Positions 27,824 through 37,507 of a DNA stretch of 49,730 nt are shown piece after piece. The DNA lies in assembly GCA_036679495.1 (NCBI GenBank), contig JAZDDE010000418.1, positions 1-49,730 on the forward strand. The letters are read 5' to 3'. The position numbers were made by a program, and so were the translations under genes. The notes beneath the pieces were generated by a model. That model ran no database searches. It was not told the DNA's origin and worked only from the letters and a program-made list of their open reading frames with translations. This stretch comes from Gemmatimonadota bacterium (GTDB taxonomy: Bacteria > Gemmatimonadota > Gemmatimonadetes > Palauibacterales > Palauibacteraceae). The first letter of the stretch is position 1; each line of letters begins with the position of its first letter.

Positions 27824-29197
27824 GTGGTCGCTGTGCATCGGACGGTAGCCGCCATATCTACCGCTCCTGGAAGAGCGGGAGTAGCGCTCGTACGAGTCAG
27901 CGGGCCGGACGTCCCTGAAATCTGCGCCAAGCTGGGTCTCTCCGGCCTCCGACCCCGACACAGCAGCCAGCGTAATCTGCAGGACCCGGATACTGGCGAG
28001 GTCCTGGACCACGCCCTCGTGACACTGTTTTCGAAGCCAGCGTCCTATACGGGAGAGGATGTCCTGGAAATCAGCACCCACGGTGGGGCGATTGTGCCGC
28101 ACCGGGTGCTCGACGCAGTAATCGCGGCCGGAGCCGCGCCCGCGGCACCAGGGGAGTTCACCCGTCGGGCCTACCTGAACGGCAAACTGGACCTGATTCA
28201 GGCCGAGGCCACGCTAGACCTGATCGATGCCCGGTCTCCGGCCATGCAGCGCGCAGCTGTCCACCAGTTGGAGCGCGGACTTTCGCGCCGGGTGGACAAG
28301 ATGCGGCGCGACCTACTCCAGCTACAAGCATTGCTCGCTTACGACATCGACTTCCCTGAAGAAGATGACGGTGCCCTGGACGTAGCGACGATCGCGGCCT
28401 CTGCGGCCGAACTACATAGCCAAATGGTACAGCTTCTGAGTCTGGCGCCGGAGGGGGAGCTCCTTCAAGACGGTGCACTCGTTGTTCTTGCCGGCAGGCC
28501 GAACGTTGGCAAGTCTAGTCTCTTCAATAGTTTACACGGAACACAACGTGCGATCGTTACGCCAACTCCGGGCACGACGCGGGATGCAATCGAATCCGTG
28601 ATCGCGGTTGAGGGCTATCCTTTCCGCCTGGTGGATACTGCCGGGCTCCGCACGACCACGGACGAGGTGGAGGAGCTGGGTGTGGAGGTGGCGCGCCGCT
28701 ACCTGGCCGCGGCTGACATCATCTTGTTCTGCACGGAGGCCGGTGCGACCGTAGACCCGGAAGAGCAGCGGTTTCTGGCTCAAGTTGCTGAGGATCGGCC
28801 GGAACAGGATTCGCGTAGAGTGATTAAGGTTCAAACCAAGGTCGACACGCTGACGGAAGGCACGTCCGAAGCTTTGCGCTCGGACGGATCCATCGCCTTG
28901 TCCGCGCTGACTGGCGAGGGCTTGGGCGTCCTGAGGCAGCGTTTAGCGCAGGAAGCCTTCGGCGGTCTCCGGAGCGCCGAATCGCCCCCACTCATAACGA
29001 AAACCAGGCAGTCGCGAGCTCTGAAGCGGGCCAGCGCGGAACTGGAAGCCTTTCAGGAAGCCCTGCAAGCCGGGCCCCCCGAGATCGCGGCTACCCACGT
29101 CGCCGAGGCGACCCTGGCCCTCGAGGAGTTACTCGGGGTAGTGGCGACGGACGATATCCTGGATGTCGTCTTCGGCAGCTTCTGCGTCGGAAAGTAG
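27824..29197 (+). CDS. mnmE: tRNA modification GTPase MnmE
   Basis: SYTGED, GEFTRRAYLNGK, GRPNVGKSS, GTTRD, DTAG, C-terminal FCVGK. Start approximate. Confidence 0.96.
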   Translation: MVAVHRTVAAISTAPGRAGVALVRVSGPDVPEICAKLGLSGLRPRHSSQRNLQDPDTGEVLDHALVTLFSKPASYTGEDVLEISTHGGAIVPHRVLDAVIAAGAAPAAPGEFTRRAYLNGKLDLIQAEATLDLIDARSPAMQRAAVHQLERGLSRRVDKMRRDLLQLQALLAYDIDFPEEDDGALDVATIAASAAELHSQMVQLLSLAPEGELLQDGALVVLAGRPNVGKSSLFNSLHGTQRAIVTPTPGTTRDAIESVIAVEGYPFRLVDTAGLRTTTDEVEELGVEVARRYLAAADIILFCTEAGATVDPEEQRFLAQVAEDRPEQDSRRVIKVQTKVDTLTEGTSEALRSDGSIALSALTGEGLGVLRQRLAQEAFGGLRSAESPPLITKTRQSRALKRASAELEAFQEALQAGPPEIAATHVAEATLALEELLGVVATDDILDVVFGSFCVGK

Positions 29198-29206
29198 GAG
29201 TGCGCC

Positions 29207-30001
29207 TCAGGCGGCTTGCTGACAGCGCGTGCACAGAAACGTGGCAAGGCCGCTGACGCGCATCGACTTGAGGGCGGCCGCACACCTCGGACACGCTGTT
29301 CCGGCCTTACGGTGATTGATCAGCCAGCCTGGGTCAGAATGGGCCGCCTGCCAGTGCAACGTGGCCCGGCGCAGGACGCGGCGCAGATACAGGTGCGTTT
29401 TCTCCAATTCATCCGCACTCATCACCGAGATTTTCAGATCTGGCCGGTATCCAGCCTGGAAGCAGATTTCGTCCGCATACTCGTTACCGATCCCAGCCAC
29501 TACCTCCTGGTTCAGCAGCAGGCCCTTCAAGGTGCTACGCGGGTGGCCCTGCGACAGGCGTACAAACGCCTCGGCTGTCAACTCCTCGCTTAGCGGATCG
29601 AGACCGAGGCTCTGTAGCGAACCCAGCCCGGAGAAATCGTCTCCGGCTACGATATAAACCGTGCCCTCCTCGCCCGGACTGCTGAATCGCAGCTCTTTAC
29701 CGGCCGCAAACTGGAGCCGAATCTTGCTGGTTTCCTCGGGGGGTGCGGTCTGTGAGTCCAGATAAATCTTGCCATCGGATCCCATATCGACCACTAGACT
29801 GTGAGCCGATCGAAACCGAATGACGACGAACTTGCCCTGTCTCGTAACAGCCTCGATAACCTCGCCGGCAAGATGCTCCTCCGCCTCTTCAGCGTTGATA
29901 TCGATAGCGTCGTCATCTATATGGATTTCCTTGACAGTTTTGCCAGTCGCGTAGCCGGCGAAACCTTCAATCATTCGCTCGACGTCCGGCAGTTCAATCA
30001 T
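29207..30001 (-). CDS. Divergent Fpg/Nei-family protein (H2TH plus zinc finger; catalytic N-terminal motif altered)
   Basis: MIELPDV start, RQGK, LGLDPL, LLLNQEVVAGIGNEYADE, CPRC...CTRCQ. Confidence 0.85.
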   Translation of the reverse strand: MIELPDVERMIEGFAGYATGKTVKEIHIDDDAIDINAEEAEEHLAGEVIEAVTRQGKFVVIRFRSAHSLVVDMGSDGKIYLDSQTAPPEETSKIRLQFAAGKELRFSSPGEEGTVYIVAGDDFSGLGSLQSLGLDPLSEELTAEAFVRLSQGHPRSTLKGLLLNQEVVAGIGNEYADEICFQAGYRPDLKISVMSADELEKTHLYLRRVLRRATLHWQAAHSDPGWLINHRKAGTACPRCAAALKSMRVSGLATFLCTRCQQAA

Positions 30002-30058
30002 TCAGTCGCCTACCTTTTTATGGTCACGTAGAAGTAGCTAAGTCTCCTACACTACAAG

Positions 30059-30337
30059 TCACTGCAAGATCCGGAACTCCACCGACAGGTCTTGATCCGA
30101 TTCGGTTCGGGTCACACTCGCAACATTTGCCCAGAAAGGCCCTTCAAGCAGCCGCGTCTCAAACTGCGGCATGTCGGTTGCTGGGCCGTACACGTGGACC
30201 TCGACGGCTCCGTCGGCGGTATTCTGCGCCGTCCCAGCCATGCCATGCTCACGAGCCAACCGCGCAACCCAGAACCTATATCCCACGCCCTGCACTCGTC
30301 CCCGGACGATGAACCCTTGTTGGACGCTGTTATTCAT
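30059..30337 (-). CDS. acyP: Acylphosphatase
   Basis: [22 protein letters not shown]. Confidence 0.9.
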   Translation of the reverse strand: MNNSVQQGFIVRGRVQGVGYRFWVARLAREHGMAGTAQNTADGAVEVHVYGPATDMPQFETRLLEGPFWANVASVTRTESDQDLSVEFRILQ

Positions 30338-30389
30338 GTACACGTTTGTGATAAGTCCTGCGGTCCCGAAACTAGCCTTGTCACTGAGC

Positions 30390-32354
30390 ATGGCTGATAT
30401 TGAAGACCACAAGGTAACGAAAACATCGAAATCAGGAGAGGGGCGAAGAGTTTTGTCCTACGATGTGCTTGTAGTGGGGGGAGGACACGCCGGCTGCGAG
30501 GCGGCGCGCGCCGCGGCCAGGATGGGAGCAAAGACACTGCTGGTCACGTCATTTCTGGCCCGCGTGGGCCAGATGTCCTGCAACCCGGCCATCGGCGGCA
30601 TCGCCAAGGGGACAGTAGCCCGGGAGGTCGACGCGCTCGGCGGGATCATGGGGCGGGCTGCAGACCAGACCTCCCTGCACTTCCGTATGCTTAATCGCTC
30701 GAAGGGCCCGGCGGTGTGGGCGCCTAGGGCCCAATGTGATCGGGGCCTCTACACACGAGCGGTTCGGTCACTGCTGGAACAAGAGTCCAATCTGGACCTC
30801 TATCAGGGCAGCGTCGTTGCGCTGCGCACGGAATCCGGTCGCGCCACGGGGATCGAGTGCCAGGATGGCACGGTACTCACCTCCCGCTGCATTGTCTTAA
30901 CCGCCGGCACCTTTTTGCGGGGTCAGATTCTGATGGGAAGCTCGGTGAAGATCGGCGCGGGCCGTGCCGGGGACGCCCCATCCGTACTGCTTGCCGAGCA
31001 ATTGCTCGAGCTCGGACTGGAGACAGGGCGATTCAAGACGGGGACGCCCCCTCGGATAGATGGCCGAACGGTCGATTTTAGCCGTTTCGATCGCCAGGAC
31101 GGCGAGCGGGAGGGCTTTCGCTTTTCGCATTGGGAGTCCACCGATCCCCTCCCGCAGCGGGCCTGCTGGAGTACCCAAGCGGGGCCTGCCGTGAAGGACG
31201 TTGTCGCGCAGAATCTGGCCGAATCGGCCATGTATTCGGGCGCCAGCTCAGCTCAGGGCCCTCGCTACTGCCCGTCTATCGAGGACAAGGTGCTGAAGTT
31301 TCCCGACGCCGAGAGTCATCAGGTGTTCCTCGAGCCGGAGGGGTTGGAGACGGCGGAGCTCTACGTAAACGGCCTCTCGACCTCGCTCCCGCCTGACGTG
31401 CAGCGCCAGTTTTTGGCCTGCATCCCGGGACTCGAAGCGGCGAGGATGACTCAGCCAGGCTACGCGATTGAGTACGACTTTCTCTGGCCTACACAGCTGT
31501 CGTCTACCCTTGAGCTCAAGCCTCTCCCCGGTCTCTATCTCGCCGGCCAGATCAACGGCACAACCGGCTATGAGGAAGCGGCCGGACAGGGCGTAGTCGC
31601 TGGAATAAACGCGGCTCTTGCGGCGACCGAGCGAGACCCCTGGGTGCCAGCCCGCGATGAGGCGTACCTGGGCGTCTTGATCGACGATCTGGTCACCCGG
31701 GGTGTGGACGAGCCGTATCGCCTGTTCACGTCCAGAGCAGAATTCCGGCTAATACTAAGACAGGACAATTGTCTCCAGCGTCTGGGTCCGGCGGCAGCCC
31801 GACTCGGACTTCTGACTGACTCGGAGAAGGCAATCCTGGACTCGCACCTCGAGGCAGTCGACCGTGGCCGCGCCTGGCTTGGAAAGTCCCGCGCCCTACC
31901 CGGGCGGGTGAATTCATATCTTACGTCGATCGGGAGCGCCGAGCTCAGGGAAACCCAGCCCGCCCGGCGCTTGCTCAAGCGGCCAGGCGTCCAGCTGAGA
32001 GTTCTTGGAGACCTGCTGGAGCCTGCGATCGAACCGACTTTCGGCGCAGATGCTGTAACGGTCCTGGAGATGGAGACCAAGTACGAAGGATACATCAAGC
32101 GAGAGAAGGAACGGGCTAGCCTGCTTCGCGAACGAGAGTCGCTTTCGCTGCCACAGGACCTGCCCTACGGAAGCTTTACATCTCTATCTACGGAAGCCCG
32201 GCAGAAGCTTGACCAGATCCGCCCAGCGACGCTCGGTCAGGCTTCGCGAGTGCCAGGGATTTCCCCAGCCGACCTACTGGCCCTTCTTGTCGAAGTCCGT
32301 AAGGTCAGAACGCCGCGAGAATCCCCGAAACCCGCCCCAGAAGTACGTTCTTGA
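30390..32354 (+). CDS. mnmG: tRNA uridine 5-carboxymethylaminomethyl modification enzyme MnmG (GidA)
   Basis: [53 protein letters not shown]. Start is ATG 30390 or TTG 30453. Confidence 0.97.
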   Translation: MADIEDHKVTKTSKSGEGRRVLSYDVLVVGGGHAGCEAARAAARMGAKTLLVTSFLARVGQMSCNPAIGGIAKGTVAREVDALGGIMGRAADQTSLHFRMLNRSKGPAVWAPRAQCDRGLYTRAVRSLLEQESNLDLYQGSVVALRTESGRATGIECQDGTVLTSRCIVLTAGTFLRGQILMGSSVKIGAGRAGDAPSVLLAEQLLELGLETGRFKTGTPPRIDGRTVDFSRFDRQDGEREGFRFSHWESTDPLPQRACWSTQAGPAVKDVVAQNLAESAMYSGASSAQGPRYCPSIEDKVLKFPDAESHQVFLEPEGLETAELYVNGLSTSLPPDVQRQFLACIPGLEAARMTQPGYAIEYDFLWPTQLSSTLELKPLPGLYLAGQINGTTGYEEAAGQGVVAGINAALAATERDPWVPARDEAYLGVLIDDLVTRGVDEPYRLFTSRAEFRLILRQDNCLQRLGPAAARLGLLTDSEKAILDSHLEAVDRGRAWLGKSRALPGRVNSYLTSIGSAELRETQPARRLLKRPGVQLRVLGDLLEPAIEPTFGADAVTVLEMETKYEGYIKREKERASLLRERESLSLPQDLPYGSFTSLSTEARQKLDQIRPATLGQASRVPGISPADLLALLVEVRKVRTPRESPKPAPEVRS

Positions 32355-32378
32355 GTCGGATCGGTAGGCTGCCCGAGG

Positions 32379-32394
32379 TGTTTCACGGGAAACA
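32379..32394. promoter_or_regulatory. parS: parS centromere-like site
   Basis: TGTTTCACGGGAAACA, one mismatch to the consensus TGTTTCACGTGAAACA, just upstream of parA. Confidence 0.88.
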
Positions 32395-32559
32395 TCCGGC
32401 GATGTTTGCGGCTCAATTGAGGCGCAGCCATATTGCGCCCCCCGGGCTACCGCTCGGCCACCAGACCCATGTAACATCTGCCTGGAAACGGCGTGGCCGG
32501 GCTTAGGAGCGGGCGTCTCAATCATCGTAACATATTATAATACAACTGGTTAGAGGTAA

Positions 32560-33345
32560 ATGGCTCGGGTAATCTCAATCGCCAACCAGAAGGGCGGGGT
32601 CGGAAAGACAACCACCGCCATCAACCTTGGCGCGTCGCTGGCTGTGCATGAGAAGCGGACGCTGGTCATCGATTGTGACCCACAGGGGAATCTGACGAGT
32701 GGTCTCGGTATCTCCAAGGGCGGAGATCGGCCTTCCGTCTATGACTGTCTGGTCAACCGTATGCCAGCGGAGGACGCCATCTACGAAGGGGTTCACCTTC
32801 CGCACCTGGACGCGATTCCGGCCAACCGAGACCTGACCGGTGCCGAGGTGGAATTGATCGAATGGCCGAACCGTGAACGCGTCTTACGGAACGTGATCGC
32901 ACCCGTTCGAGATCGCTACGAGTACATTCTGATCGACTGTCCCCCGTCTCTCGGGCTGTTGACCCTCAACACCCTCGTCGCGGCCGACACCGTCTTGATC
33001 CCGATTCAGTGCGAGTTCTACGCGCTGGAGGGCCTGAGCCAGCTCTTGAACACCGTCCGAATCGTCCAGCGGAGCCTGAATCCCGAGCTGGATATCGAGG
33101 GCGTATTGCTCACAATGTTTGACTCCAGGCTAAACCTGTCCAAGCAGGTTGCTGGAGACGTGAAGGAATACTTCGGTACCCGGGTTTTTCGCACATACAT
33201 TCCGCGAAACGTCCGCCTCGCAGAGGCGCCCAGTTTCGGAGAGCCGATCGCCGTATATGACATGCTGTCGACCGGCGCGCGAGGGTATTTGAGCTTGGCC
33301 GGCGAGATCGTTCGTAAGGACAACAGGAGAGCCAAAGTTGGTTGA
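32560..33345 (+). CDS. parA: Chromosome partitioning ATPase ParA/Soj
   Basis: NQKGGVGKTTT, DCDPQGN, DCPPSLG, QCEFYALEG, PRNVRLAEAPS. Confidence 0.97.
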   Translation: MARVISIANQKGGVGKTTTAINLGASLAVHEKRTLVIDCDPQGNLTSGLGISKGGDRPSVYDCLVNRMPAEDAIYEGVHLPHLDAIPANRDLTGAEVELIEWPNRERVLRNVIAPVRDRYEYILIDCPPSLGLLTLNTLVAADTVLIPIQCEFYALEGLSQLLNTVRIVQRSLNPELDIEGVLLTMFDSRLNLSKQVAGDVKEYFGTRVFRTYIPRNVRLAEAPSFGEPIAVYDMLSTGARGYLSLAGEIVRKDNRRAKVG

Positions 33346-34228
33346 GAACAGCCGTACCCGCCTGGGCAAAGGTCTCGGCGCGCTCTTGGGTGACTACATG
33401 GACGAACCGGCCCCGGGTGCCGGCGCCGTTCGGCAGATAGCCTTGAGTAGTCTTCGCCCGAATCCGTTTCAGCCGCGGTCCGAGTTCGCGACTGAGGCGC
33501 TCGAGGAACTCCAGCAATCGATCAAGCACAACGGTCTACTCCAGCCGCTCGTAGTGCGGGCCGCGGTCGACGGATGGGAGATCGTGGCGGGCGAAAGGCG
33601 TCTTCGTGCCCTGCAGGGTCTCGGCTGGGAGGCGGCGCCTGCCATCGTGCGTGAATTGTCGGACGAGCAAATGCTCCTCAGCGCGCTGGTCGAGAATCTC
33701 CAGCGGGAGTCTCTGGGTGCGCTGGATGAAGCGGTAGCATTCCAACAGCTTGTGGAGACCTTCGGGTTCTCGCAGCGGCAAGTGGCTGAACGGGTCGGGA
33801 AGAGCCGCTCGGCCGTCGCCAACTCGCTGCGACTGTTGGGCCTTCCGGCTCCTATTCGGAAGTTACTGGCCGCCGCGAGAATCACGGCCGGCCATGCTCG
33901 GGCGATTCTGAGCCTGGAGTCCGAGAGAGACCGGCTTGAACTGGCACGGCAGATCGTCACGAAGCGTCTGTCCGTCCGGCAGGCGGAGAAGCAGGCGCGA
34001 GACTTTAGCTCCCGCGATAAAAAGATAACGACCCGCAGGCAAGGGAAGCCGGATCCTGTCGCCAGGCGAGCAGAGACACTGCTAGCACGCGAGCTCGGTA
34101 CCCGGGTCGCTGTCCGGCTCAAGACGGCAACCTCGGGTGAAATTCTGCTCGCATTCCACGACTCGTCGGATTTCGAACGCCTGGTGACGAAGCTGGTCCC
34201 GCAGGCCCGAACTGACCTGTTCACGTAG
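33338..34228 (+). CDS. parB: Chromosome partitioning protein ParB/Spo0J
   Basis: LGKGLGAL, NPFQPR, IVAGERRLRA, ENLQRE, GKSRSAVANSLRLL. Confidence 0.97.
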   Translation: MVENSRTRLGKGLGALLGDYMDEPAPGAGAVRQIALSSLRPNPFQPRSEFATEALEELQQSIKHNGLLQPLVVRAAVDGWEIVAGERRLRALQGLGWEAAPAIVRELSDEQMLLSALVENLQRESLGALDEAVAFQQLVETFGFSQRQVAERVGKSRSAVANSLRLLGLPAPIRKLLAAARITAGHARAILSLESERDRLELARQIVTKRLSVRQAEKQARDFSSRDKKITTRRQGKPDPVARRAETLLARELGTRVAVRLKTATSGEILLAFHDSSDFERLVTKLVPQARTDLFT

Positions 34229-34233
34229 ATCGC

Positions 34234-35007
34234 ATGACGACTCAACGGAGCCGGTTCACGATCCTGGTCATACGAGGGGGCGCTACCCGCTCCCACAGAA
34301 TCGAACTCGGAGAAGGCCGACAAACGCTTTTTTTCGCCGGGGCCGCGCTTGTAGTGATTGCGACGTTCGTCACCTTCGGCATCTGGCTGGGGCGGGTTTC
34401 ACGGACCGACCTGGTCGCATCGCAGCAAGAGAGAATCGCGTCCCTGGCAAGCGAAAACGCGAAAATCGCGGTTCTCTCGGAGCAACTGGCTCGTCTCGAA
34501 GCTGAGTACTCCCAGGTGCGCCGAGTGATGGGTGGCGAGTTGGCACCAGGCCAACGTGACGTTACGCTTCCGGAAATAATGCCCGGTGGTGGGGCGGCGG
34601 GCTCGCCGGAGCAGACGACCATTCCTTCCCTGTGGCCGCTGGTGGCGCAGGGATTTGTTACTCGTTCCTTTGGCGACACATTGTCGGCCCCGTTTGAGGG
34701 ACACGTGGGACTCGACATAGCGGTCCCGATCGGTTCCTATGTACGGGCTTCAGGTGCGGGGCTCGTCCAGGCTGCGGAGGAAGACGAATCCTACGGGAGA
34801 TACGTCAGGATTGCGCACACAGATGGTCTGTCGACTCTTTACGCGCATAATTCTTGGCTGTTCGTCGCCACTGGTGACTCTGTACAGAGGGGAGAGGTCA
34901 TCGCCCTGACCGGAAACACGGGTCGCTCGACGGCACCACATTTGCACCTGGAGGTAGAACGAAATGGGGAACCTTTGGATCCCCTTGGATTCGTGAGCGG
35001 TGGCTGA
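34234..35007 (+). CDS. Membrane-anchored M23 metallopeptidase with coiled coil
   Basis: TM segment, coiled coil, HVGLD (HxxxD), YAH, GNTGRSTAPHLH (HxH). Confidence 0.9.
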   Translation: MTTQRSRFTILVIRGGATRSHRIELGEGRQTLFFAGAALVVIATFVTFGIWLGRVSRTDLVASQQERIASLASENAKIAVLSEQLARLEAEYSQVRRVMGGELAPGQRDVTLPEIMPGGGAAGSPEQTTIPSLWPLVAQGFVTRSFGDTLSAPFEGHVGLDIAVPIGSYVRASGAGLVQAAEEDESYGRYVRIAHTDGLSTLYAHNSWLFVATGDSVQRGEVIALTGNTGRSTAPHLHLEVERNGEPLDPLGFVSGG

Positions 35008-35063
35008 ACACGCCGAACACGAAGGGACGGGCAGGGCAAATCAGGAGAAAGGCAGCTGTGGAC

Positions 35064-35525
35064 ATGAAGCCTCGGAGCGAGAATGGTTTGAGGGAAGCAG
35101 GCGATTTCGTATCGGTCGTCGGACCCGGCATGAAGATAGTCGGTGACTGCTCGAGCGACGGAACGATCCGAGTGGAGGGTCGAGTGGAGGGTTCCATTCG
35201 AGCAGGCAAGAGCGTCGTCGTCGGCCAAGACGGTATCGTAGTTGGCGACATTGAGACGCAAGACGCCATTATAGCTGGCAGGGTCCAGGGTAGTGTACAG
35301 GCAGACAGCCGCGTGGAGCTTCAGGCCACCTGCAAAGTGGAGGGCGACATCAGAAGCCGTCGCGTGAAGCTCGATGAAGGTGGACAGATCGATGGCAGTC
35401 TCCATATGGGCGAGCCAAAGACCAAACGACGAATTGATTCTGAGAGAGTTGATGCTGATTTCCCCACTGGGGAGAAGTCCAAGCCAGCGGAGCTTCCAGC
35501 GAAGGCCGAAAAACTGGTCGTATAG
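35064..35525 (+). CDS. Bactofilin (polymer-forming cytoskeletal protein)
   Basis: VVGPGMKIVGD...IRVEGRVEGSI...VVGDI...IIAGRVQGSV...VEGDI...GGQIDG beta-helix repeats. Confidence 0.9.
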   Translation: MKPRSENGLREAGDFVSVVGPGMKIVGDCSSDGTIRVEGRVEGSIRAGKSVVVGQDGIVVGDIETQDAIIAGRVQGSVQADSRVELQATCKVEGDIRSRRVKLDEGGQIDGSLHMGEPKTKRRIDSERVDADFPTGEKSKPAELPAKAEKLVV

Positions 35526-35628
35526 TAGATCTCTATATTTTGCCTGTAGTTACAGATGTACTGAGATGGACAGCTATATTGTCCACGGGTCTCCACACGC
35601 GATTGGGCAGGTGGGGGCTTAGGGCGGG

Positions 35629-35637
35629 TTATCCACA
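35629..35637 (+). promoter_or_regulatory. Perfect DnaA box outside oriC
   Basis: TTATCCACA, with weaker boxes TTGTCCACG (35579-35587) and GTCTCCACA (35589-35597) in the same intergenic region. Confidence 0.6.
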
Positions 35638-35661
35638 CTGCACGGGAGTCGTGGCCGGGTT

Positions 35662-36654
35662 GTGATCATCCAGCTAGGCCTGTTTATAATCGCTCTCGTC
35701 GCGCTCACGATCGGGGCCGACTGGCTGGTAACCGGCACATCCGGCCTGGCCGAAAAGCGCGGGGTCAGTCCACTGATGCTCGGCCTCACGGTAGTCGCGT
35801 TCGGTACATCCGCTCCCGAGCTCGTGGTCTCCATCACTGCGGTGCTTCAGAACCGGGAAGGTCTGGCGGTGGGCAACGTGATGGGTTCCACCATCGCGAA
35901 CGTGGGGCTGATTGTCGGCCTGGGAGCCCTGATTCGGCCTATCGTGGTCCACCGCCGTCTGATCGAGCGCGAGGGCCCGCTTCTGATTTTCGTCCTGGCC
36001 ATAGTTGTACTTCTCTCCTGGAACGAGACTCTCGGTAGATGGGAGGGTCTGGCCCTCATAACGGGCTTCGCGATCTATTTGGCCAGTCTCCTGCGCTGGG
36101 GGATGAAGGACGAGAATCGCCTGAAGCCGACATCCCTGGACAGCGCGGCAACGGTGATATCCGAGCCCGCAGTCATCCCGGACCACCCTGCCCCGTCCTC
36201 ACCCTCGCGCCATTGGAAGATTCCGGCGATTCCGCGCATCGTCGCGGGGCTCGTCCTCCTGCTGGTCGGTGCGCACTGGCTGGTCGGCGCGGCAGTCGCC
36301 GGAGCGCGGTACTACCATGTCTCCGAAGAAATCATCGGCGCGACCGTCGTAGCCGTCGGAACGTCCATCCCGGAGCTCGCGTCGACCGTGGCCGCGGCCG
36401 TTCGCCGACTCGGGGACATAGCCGTAGGGAACGTTATCGGCTCGAACATCTTCAACCTCGGCCTCGTCCTGGGCAGTGCGGCCATCATCCATCCTCTGCC
36501 CCTTTCGCCGACCACTGTCGGTCGAGAGGTAATTCCAGCCCTGATATTCAGCGTGGGCCTGCTTCCGCTCGCCTACTCCGGGTCGCGCATCACCCGAGCG
36601 GAGGGAATGCTTCTCCTGGTTGGTTACGGTGCATTCATCGCGTGGCTCATTTGA
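35662..36654 (+). CDS. Calcium/sodium antiporter (YrbG family)
   Basis: Two alpha repeats: GTSAPEL/GNVMGS and GTSIPEL/GNVIGSNIFN. Confidence 0.92.
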   Translation: MIIQLGLFIIALVALTIGADWLVTGTSGLAEKRGVSPLMLGLTVVAFGTSAPELVVSITAVLQNREGLAVGNVMGSTIANVGLIVGLGALIRPIVVHRRLIEREGPLLIFVLAIVVLLSWNETLGRWEGLALITGFAIYLASLLRWGMKDENRLKPTSLDSAATVISEPAVIPDHPAPSSPSRHWKIPAIPRIVAGLVLLLVGAHWLVGAAVAGARYYHVSEEIIGATVVAVGTSIPELASTVAAAVRRLGDIAVGNVIGSNIFNLGLVLGSAAIIHPLPLSPTTVGREVIPALIFSVGLLPLAYSGSRITRAEGMLLLVGYGAFIAWLI

Positions 36655-36771
36655 CCGGCTGCGTCAAACCCGCCGACGGAGTTCCCACCTATCGATCACC
36701 CCCACACTTGCGTAAAGTAGTGCGGTAAAGTTGTAGCGACTGGCTTTGTCTGGACTGTGAGAGGTGACGCG

Positions 36772-36999
36772 ATGGCTAGTTCTGTGAAGCTCAGCAGTAA
36801 GAACCAGATCGTGGTTCCGACGGAGGCCCGCCGGGCCCTTGGGGTGAGCGCAGGGAGCCGACTGCTAATCATCGTGCGCCCGGATGGAGGGGTCGAGATG
36901 CAGCGGGAGCCCGTTGACGTGGCTGCGGAAATGGAGGGAATATTGAGTCTGGGCGGCGGCATTGAATCCGGGCTATGGGAAGAGCTGAGAGTTGAGTAG
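36772..36999 (+). CDS. AbrB/MazE/SpoVT-family DNA-binding protein (putative antitoxin)
   Basis: KLSSKNQIVVPTEARRALGVSAGSRL; acidic C-terminus; overlaps the PIN gene. Confidence 0.85.
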   Translation: MASSVKLSSKNQIVVPTEARRALGVSAGSRLLIIVRPDGGVEMQREPVDVAAEMEGILSLGGGIESGLWEELRVE

Positions 37000-37489
37000 C
37001 CACAGCCGATTCGTCTCGCAGCTCTCAGAAGCGGGGCGCATTCACGTCGACGCCGGGATTCTAGCGCTGCATTTGCTCGGAGACTCTTCCTACCTGGATC
37101 TGACACGCCTTCTCTTCTCGAGCCTGCAGACCGGGGCCTGCACGGCCCAAACCTCGGTGATCAGCATCTTTCAGATCGGCGTGGAGCCATACCGAAGAGG
37201 AGAGGATGACCTCGCGCTGAAGGCGTGCGCATATGTTTCGGCCCTTCCGGGCCTGGAGATCGTGCCAGTCTCCGGCGTGATTGCGACCCAGGCAGCGCAG
37301 GTCAGGGCGCAGCTAGGGGGCCGCACCGAGCGGGCCATTCAGATCGCCACAGCTCTCGTTTCAAACGCCAATGCCTACCTTACCCAGCGTTCAGGCCTAC
37401 GAAGAATCGCCGGAATGAGCGTACTGTCGCTCGATAGCTTCCTGGGAAAAGCGCCCGGTAGCAGTCCCCAGCCCGCGGTTCGCGCCTAG
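36992..37489 (+). CDS. PIN-domain (VapC-like) protein with degenerate active site
   Basis: IHVD, TSVISI, AAQVRA, AIQIATAL, YLT, LRRIAG pattern; located downstream of an AbrB-type gene. Confidence 0.75.
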   Translation: MSSHSRFVSQLSEAGRIHVDAGILALHLLGDSSYLDLTRLLFSSLQTGACTAQTSVISIFQIGVEPYRRGEDDLALKACAYVSALPGLEIVPVSGVIATQAAQVRAQLGGRTERAIQIATALVSNANAYLTQRSGLRRIAGMSVLSLDSFLGKAPGSSPQPAVRA

Positions 37490-37507
37490 GAGTTGGCCGG
37501 AGCTGCC

